A stretch of DNA of 64,000 bases from Emiliania huxleyi CCMP1516. Lineage: Eukaryota. Made by a program: the position numbers and the translations under genes. Positions within the stretch are counted from its first letter, which is position 1; every line of letters starts with the position of its first letter. The notes beneath the pieces are model-generated. The model was not told the origin of the DNA. It was given only the letters and a program-made list of their open reading frames with translations, and made no database searches. This document shows, one piece after another, positions 57,110-64,000 of the stretch. The stretch spans positions 405,179 to 469,178 of the forward strand of contig NW_005201851.1 of assembly GCF_000372725.1 (NCBI RefSeq), read 5' to 3'.

Positions 57110-58164
57110 TGCGCACGCTTTGAACGGTGGCGAAGCCAAAAACACCGATGGTGGCCGTCCGCTGGCGTGAGCGGCGGCGGTCGAGACCTCACCCTTCGCG
57201 CCGACGACCCAACCTCACGCGGAACAACCCAACCCCCAACCAACCCAACCCAACACCAAACAACCCCACTGAAAGCACGATTCTCCTGTTGGGCCCGCGC
57301 GCGGCTTCCTCAGAACGTAACCCCCACCACAGGAGCAGTCACACGACTCCACACCGGCGCCCGCCCCACCCCACCCCAACACCCTCACCCCACAACCCCG
57401 CCCCACCCCGACCCGAGCGACCCCGCCCCGACCCGACCCGATCCACCCCGCCCCGCCCCGCCCCGCCCCCTCAACCGGACCACCCCCCCCCCCCCGGGCC
57501 CCTCTCACACGACACTATACACCAAGAAAAAGAACTGGAAGAGTAGTGGGGACCCTGTCGCTGTCCTTCTCCCACCCCTGGTGTCTTTATTTGGGATTTT
57601 CCTTTCTTTAAATTTTCATTTTTTCTCGTCGACCCAAAAAAGGCGGGAAGCGCTGTAAGCGCGAGGCGGAAGCACATCGCGATCTCCGCTCGCAGGGGTA
57701 TGGTGGACAACCTCAGCGCGTTCGAGGCTGAAGTTGGCGCCATGCCAGCATCAAGTGCAAGCAATCCATCCATGGCGGCGTTGGCGATCCCGAGCGAGCT
57801 GCTCGTCGCCATTGTACGAACGCACACGGCCAAGGACCTGCTGCCACATATGGTGCCCAGAGCCCTCGAGTCCGGCGACGAATAGGACGCGATTGCTGCT
57901 CGAAAAGTGCGTCTTGGTGACGCGGATACTCGATGAGGGCATCGGCGCGCGTTGCATGTGCGTTTGGGGGCCCAAAGACACAAACGCACGTAAAACTTAG
58001 TCGTAAGGAGAGTTGGAGTATTTCACAGTATTTCCAGTATCCCAGTATCTGAGGTGCTGTGGCGAAGTATTCCAGTATTTCAGACACGCAAAGCAAGTAT
58101 TTTTATTGCAATACTGCATGCTACCTGCACACGGCCCTTGCCCAAGTATCCCAATATCCCGCAA

Positions 58165-58530
58165 GCCCGTCGACCAGCGTGGCGAACATCTGGCCCTGCG
58201 GCGCAATCAAGCGCTCGGTGCCGAGACCATACGCGTCGTCGGCGACGTACAGCGCGCACGGCACCACGATTGAGCCGGCCAGGCCGCCGATGAGCTGCGC
58301 GACGAAACCAGAGCGCGGCGGGATGCCGCACAGCTGCAGCGCCTTGCCGTCCTGGCTGAGGTCGTTGGCGGCACTTACGGCGACACACGTGCCCGTGAGG
58401 ACGTTCTGCAGTAGCTCGACGTCGGAAAAGGCGTTGCGTCCCCACGCGAGCAATAGGAGGCAGAAGACGAGGGCGGTGATGAAGATGGTGCCTGAGACCG
58501 ATGACGCGGACGTTCCGATCTGGGGAGAGG
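58165..58530 (-). pseudogene. Internal fragment of an OPT-family oligopeptide transporter
   Basis: VSGTIFITAL...AVSAANDLSQDGKALQLCG...AQLIGGLAG...AYGLGTERLIAPQGQMFATL; no flanking OPT exons found. Confidence 0.6.
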
Positions 58531-58866
58531 ACGGCGCCTAATCGTGGACGTGGGCTGTGAAGAGACGCTCCTTCCCCTTGTTAGTGCCAGTGCGCGCTTG
58601 GCAGGATGGAGGCGAATCTAGATAAGACCTCGCTGGCAGAGAGATCTATACACTCAATCACGCCCTGCGTTTGGTGACCCTAGCTTGCCTTTCGCCAGTT
58701 CCATTCATTCGTTCGATTTATAAACCCAAGATGCCACGGTATTTCTTTTTTCCGAGCGCGGGGAGGGAGGAGCGAAGCGCTGCTGTCGAGGCCCGATGCT
58801 CGCCGCCACTCGCTCCGTCCTCGCCGCCAGCCTTGCGGTTGCTCTGGTGCGCGGACAGAACGCCGC

Positions 58867-59887
58867 ATGCACACGGTCTCAACCAGTCTCAACCTCCTTA
58901 TAAGCCCGCGCCTGAAGGGCCCGTGCTCTCTCCGTCATCCAGGCGGCGCCGCTGCCGACCGCCAACGCGGCGCTCAAACCTCCAGGTCGCCCGTTGACGT
59001 CGGCAGGCGCCGACACCCTGCTGGACAAGTACTTTTGCGACGTGTACTACCCCACGGGCACGGCCGCGGCCAACCTACCGCCGTGCGAAAGCGTGAAGGC
59101 CGAGGTGACGTCCGACCTCACGGCCCCTCTTCCGACGCTGTCGCTTGGCGATCCGACAAAGCCTGCTCTCTTCTTCGTGCACGGCTGGCCCGACAGTGGA
59201 GCCGAGTTTGCCGCACAGTTTGGCGGGCTGTGCTACGGCCCTGCGGCTCGGTTCCGGTGCGTCGCGGCGACATGGCAGAACTTTCATCCGGATCTCCCGA
59301 ACGCACCGCTGGAAGAGCTCACGCTTCAGACGACGATTGACAAGCTCGCGGCCACGATGGAGGCTGCGAGGCTTGTGGACACCACCTTCGTCATTCACGA
59401 CTGGGGTAGCTTCGTGGGCTACCAGCTCATGTGGCAGCATCCACACCTGATGAACCGAACGATCTCCTTTGACATCGGCTCGGGCGGCCACCCAAACGTC
59501 ACGTACCAGGGCCAGAACGCCATCGCCTTTGACACACACAACAGCATCCCGAGCATGACCTCGGCGCGTTACTGGGATGCACCGTGTCCCGACTGTGCCA
59601 CGTGGCGGACCGCTTGGCCGTACGCCACAAATGTGTCCTTTCGCGGCCTCGTCCCGAAGCTGCGCCCTCCAAAGACGAAGCCCCTGCTCTTTGTCTGGGG
59701 CAACATGACGAGAGGCAAGCCCCGAGGGAAAGAGTCGTTGTTCTTTGACAATGCGTGGCTGGAGTTCGTTGAGTCCACCCCGCATGGCCGCGTGGTTTCT
59801 GGGACGGGCGATCACTGGATTTTTCACGAGAATCCGAAGCTAATAAATAGCGCGATGGTGGAGTGGCTGGCGGCATGCGGCCTCTAG
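58867..59887 (+). CDS. Alpha/beta hydrolase, epoxide-hydrolase-like (short 5' exon tentative)
   Basis: FVHGWPD oxyanion motif, HDWGS nucleophile Asp, GDHWIFHENP catalytic His. Confidence 0.85.
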
Positions 59888-60877
59888 GTGTCGAGAAATT
59901 GCCATGCACACACAAAAGATGAGATGAGTGAACACGTGCGAGTTGCCAAGTTTGTTGCGCGAGAGATGCGGATTTCAATATTTCATCCTTTTTGATTTTG
60001 TGAAATTTGGACATTTTTGTCACACGCGTTGTGTGCTAGGAAAGCTGGCTACCGCCCAAGGCACGGCCGACAAGCGGAGATAAGGCGCGGAGGTGCGGCG
60101 GCGAAACTGCGTGGAGAACACCACGGGCACGGCGCACCTGCGACCTGGCAGGGCGTCCTAGTGAGTAGTGACGCACCCGCCTCATGCGCCGCCTCCGCCG
60201 CCGCCGTCGCCGCCGCCGCCGGGCCCTTTGTCGCCGTCCGACTCCGGGGCGATGGAGGAGGTGAGGCCCCACCTGTCGGCGGAGCGGCGGCGTGTCAAGG
60301 GGCGCGAGAAGGCTTTTGGGAAGCAACCCCAGCTGCGGTTTCACAACGCACCTCATTTTTGGCACCCTCTCCTGCTAGCCGCGCATGAGTACGGCTTTAG
60401 GGAGACCGTGTGTGGTGTCTTCGCGGCCTAGAGCACCCTCTTGGCAGTCTATATTCCGGAGATTTAGCCCTCCTGTCGCATCTGGTGAGCCGTACCAACC
60501 ATAGTCTCCATAGTGAGGACCCAACACGTGTTGTGAAAACCAAAGCCAGGACCTGTAGAGGCTAGAGCGGTGACAGTTCGCGATCAGTGTCGATCAGTCA
60601 GCCTCTCGTAAGGCGCGCCGGCGCCGCCGCGGTCCAATAGCATATACACACCACCGTGCCGAGCGTTGCGATCTCTGTGATATGTGAAGTGTGTGCGTGT
60701 GTTGTGTGTATCAGAAACCGACCGCATGGTCATGAATCATACCTCCCTCCCCCCAACGCCGCGCGCATCCGTGTTCGTGTAAGTACGAGTGGGAAGACAT
60801 ATGAAATCCAGAGAGCCATATATTGTGAAGGCGCAACCCGCAAAATGCGCCCGCCGCCCGCGACCCGCGCGCCCGCC

Positions 60878-63800
60878 TCACACGGAGTTGAAAGGCGGCG
60901 GGTAGCTCTGCGGGTACTTGAGCAGGAGCAGCGCCTTCGCATTGTCCACCCAGTGCTGCCAGCCGAGCTCGCGTAGCAGCTCGAGCCTGAGGGGCGTGTC
61001 ATTGACGTGTCACGGACATGTCGCGGACGCGCCTCTTCCCCCGAGCTCACGCAGATCGAGCCTCAGCTCGAGCTTCTCCTTTGGCGGCGGCCCCTTCTCC
61101 TTGGCGAGGTGCTCGTCGAGGGCGGCCAGCGCCGTCGCTGCGTAGCCGTGCGCGCGGTGCCACGCGACGAGCAGCTTCCAGTGCTCCTCCTTGGCCGCCC
61201 AGCGATGCAGCGCCGCGACGGCGGCGTCGAGCGCCTCGAGTGCCGCCTTGCTGTCCGCGCCGTCGCCCGCGCCGTCGCCCGCGCCGTCGCCCGCGCCGTC
61301 GCCCGCGCCGGCCGCCGCCGCCACCTTGTGCAAGTCGGCGAGGGCGGCGGCCTTGAGGTGGAGCGCGCCGACGAGCGCCTTCAGGCCATGTCAGGGACAC
61401 GTCCGGGACATGTCACCGACACGGCCTCGAGGCGGAGCGCCGCGACGCGCCTTCTTCTGCGCCTCGTCCACCTCGCGCCGCTGCTTGGCGCGCTTGTCGT
61501 CCGGGTCGACGTGGGGCACGCCGAGCGCCGCCGCGATCTGCGTCGCGTCGAGCAGCGAGAGCACCTTGCGAGGCGGGCGAGGCGGGCGGTGCTCAGCGTT
61601 GCGGGGGGCGCGCGCCCAAGGGAGGGGCAGCGGGGCAAAGCCGCGCCTCGTCCGCCGCCGCCACTACTCCGCGCAGCAGCTCCTCGCCGGCCCGCCGCCC
61701 CTCCGACATGGCCTCTGCGTGCTCGAGGTGCGCCTGCAGCAGCGGCAGCAGCGGCGGCACCTCCGGAGGCGCGTCGGGCGGCGCCGCCGCCGCGGCGCAC
61801 TCGGCGCGCAGCTCGGCGAGCAGCGCCTCGTACCTAGCCGCCGCCGCCTGCTCACACCCCGCCACACGCGTGAGGATCGGTGCCCCTTGCCGCCAATTCC
61901 TCGTCCGCCTCGCCGCCGCCCGCCTCGTGCGGCAGCGGCGCAGCCTCGCCAGCGGCGGCCGGCTCCTTTGGCGGCTTGCACTTTGGCGACAGATTGACCA
62001 GCTGCGAGATCTTGAGCGCGCGCAGCGCCGCCTCCATCCGATGCGGCGCCGTCTCGTCCTCCTTGTCCATGGACGCCGGCTTGGGCGGCTCCTCCTTCTT
62101 GGCGGCCGGCGGGACGAACAGCGTCACTGGCCAGCCGCCGGGCCGCTTGCCAGCACCGACCCCCTCGGAGGACAGCTTGGCGAAGGTGGCCGAGCCGAGG
62201 AGCGTGTCTCCCGGCTCGGCGATGGCGGGCGCGGCCGGCGACGCCACGTGCAGCGCAACGCGTGTGTGCGGCTCGAGGAGGCGGCGCAGAGGCGGCTTCG
62301 GGCCGGCGGCGGGGTCGTCGAGGGCAGAGGCGCGGCTCCAGTGGAAGGAGAGGGCGACGGGCGCGATCTGCAGGTCAACCACCATCGGCATGTCCTTGAG
62401 CTTCTCGAGATGCGCGGGCGAGTCGTGCCGCAGCTGGAGCCGCACCTGCAGGATGCAGCGGCACGATGAGCACGTCGAGCGACCGCCTTTGGGCCGAGAG
62501 AGATTGGGCCGAGAGACGGCCAACGAGTGCGAGGAGCGCATCTCCAGCTGCGGCGTCTCTCGGCGCGCGCCTCGTACTCTCCGGCCTTGAGCTTTGTCTT
62601 GTCAACGTAGTAGTCGCCCCAGCGCAGCAGCCGCTTGTGCGCGTCGAAGAGAGCCCACAGCTGCGCCTCGTACCCGCTCTCGTACAGCTGCGCCGAGAGC
62701 GACGGGAAGCGGACCGTCACGCCTTCGCACGCCTCCTTGAGCGCGAACTTGTACGAGAGGAGGTAGTCGTAGATCGGCGTCTTGCCGCCGACGCCCGCGT
62801 CGCCGATGCCGACGTCGCCGCACGGAGCGGCGGGCGGGACGAGCTTCGCCTGGAGCGGGCGGCACGCGCGGCGCAGCGTCTTGAGCGAACCCTCCGGCTC
62901 GACCTGTCGACACGTCGTGGACGCGTCATGGACGTGTCCGCCGCGCCAGCGTCTCGGACAAAGCCCTCGGGCGTCGACCGACGTCCGGCGGAAGGAGTGT
63001 AGCTCGAGCGAGCTGAAGAGGGTCCGCCCGTCGAGCGTGAGCTGCTCCACCTAAGAGAAAAGGTTCCGAGAAGGGTCGCGGCAGGGCGCCGTGCGCCCGC
63101 GCGTCGAGCGTGGGCTGCTCCGCCGAGGGCGAGAGGCCGAAGAAGTCGAGCCGCACGTCGAGCTCCGTCTCGCCGAGCGACATCCACCACTGCGCCACCG
63201 CAACCTCCAGCGTCACGCCGCCGACGCACGCGACGGTCGAGACGTACTCCGTCGCCGGCGCGCCAGCCCCCTGCGCCTCGTCAGGCACGCCCATGGTGAC
63301 GCGCCGGGTCTCAGACGACTGGCCGATGTGCTTCTGTGGCAGCAGCTGCGTGAGCGAGTACATGTAGACCACGCTGCCCGCCGGCTCGCGCGAGCGCGGC
63401 GCCCCCCGAGCGCGCAACGTCAGCGTCGCCCAAGTCGCGCCCCGCGGCGGGACGACGAAGCGGCGCTCGATGTGGCCGGGGGAGAAGGCGACGCGCTCGA
63501 AGGCGACGTGGCACGGCGCGTGCGGCGCGGCGAGGTTCGCGTGCGGCCTGCAGACGGTGACGGGGAGCGAGAAGAGCGGGCCGCGCCGCGGCGAAGACGA
63601 GTCGTGGCCCGCCACCTCGGCGTAGTGCGCGCCAGGCGGAAGCTGGCCGGGCGACACTTTGAGGTTGAAGCCCTTGCCGCCGTGCGTGAGCGCGAGGAAC
63701 GGCGCGCAGCTCAACCACGGCGCGCTTGGCTGCAGCGTGACGCCGACGTCGAGGGAGACGCGCTGTGCGTTGGGCGCCTCCTCGTGCAGCCTCGGGCGCA

Positions 63801-64000
63801 CGAAGACGTCGACACCAACCTCCGACGCGCTCGAGTGCTGCGGCTCGCGTAAGTAGACGCCGCGCGCACCCGCGCCCGCGGCGGTCGAGCAGCCGTGCGT
63901 CGTGGCGCTGAGCTCAAAGCGCACGTCACAGTGGGCGTGCCCGCCGTGCTCCTCGAGCCAGCTCAGCGCCGCGCCAACCTGCAGCAGCCCGCGCCCGAGC
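60878..64000 (-). CDS. TPP2: Tripeptidyl peptidase II, C-terminal part (5' end beyond the window), multi-exon
   Basis: GRGLLQV, RGVYLREP, GPLFSLPVTV, FSPGHIERRFVVPPRGATWA, LEVAVAQWW, LYESGYEAQLWALFD, LEKLKDM, C-term LGWQHW...KYPQSYPPPF. Confidence 0.92.

Noticed and set aside
59960..60600. Possible small TIR element with a short ORF
   Set aside because: Terminal match too weak and no TSD found.

Overview
This is GC-rich eukaryotic draft scaffold sequence with four N-gaps. Short introns with frequent GC donors, 10-11-bp intronic minisatellites and the gene content point to a haptophyte such as Emiliania/Gephyrocapsa huxleyi (inference). The window holds about 25 protein genes or fragments: a duplicated ankyrin gene, a pentapeptide-repeat protein, an HSP20-like protein, WBP11, F-box/SPRY, ALDH3, a fucosyltransferase-like protein, two F-box/RCC1 paralogues, DMAP1/SWC4, a 2OG-Fe(II) oxygenase, a BNR-repeat protein, an organellar RNase II/R, a methyltransferase, an alpha/beta hydrolase and the 3' part of TPP2. 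There are also several non-autonomous TIR elements. Five observations stand out. (1) Many ~70-80-nt introns begin with a degenerate copy of the start of the following exon, suggesting intron gain by duplication. (2) A spliced LIM-LIM + NADPH-dependent FMN reductase fusion has a MICAL-like logic. (3) The F-box/RCC1 propellers have a nearly fixed scaffold but hypervariable loop residues. (4) Two TIR elements are nested, the inner one with an 18-20-bp flanking direct repeat. (5) A frameshifted xanthine-PRT/DUF1349 fusion and a WBP11 carrying its own WW domain are present. All family calls come from motif recognition by eye, and all gene models were spliced by hand.
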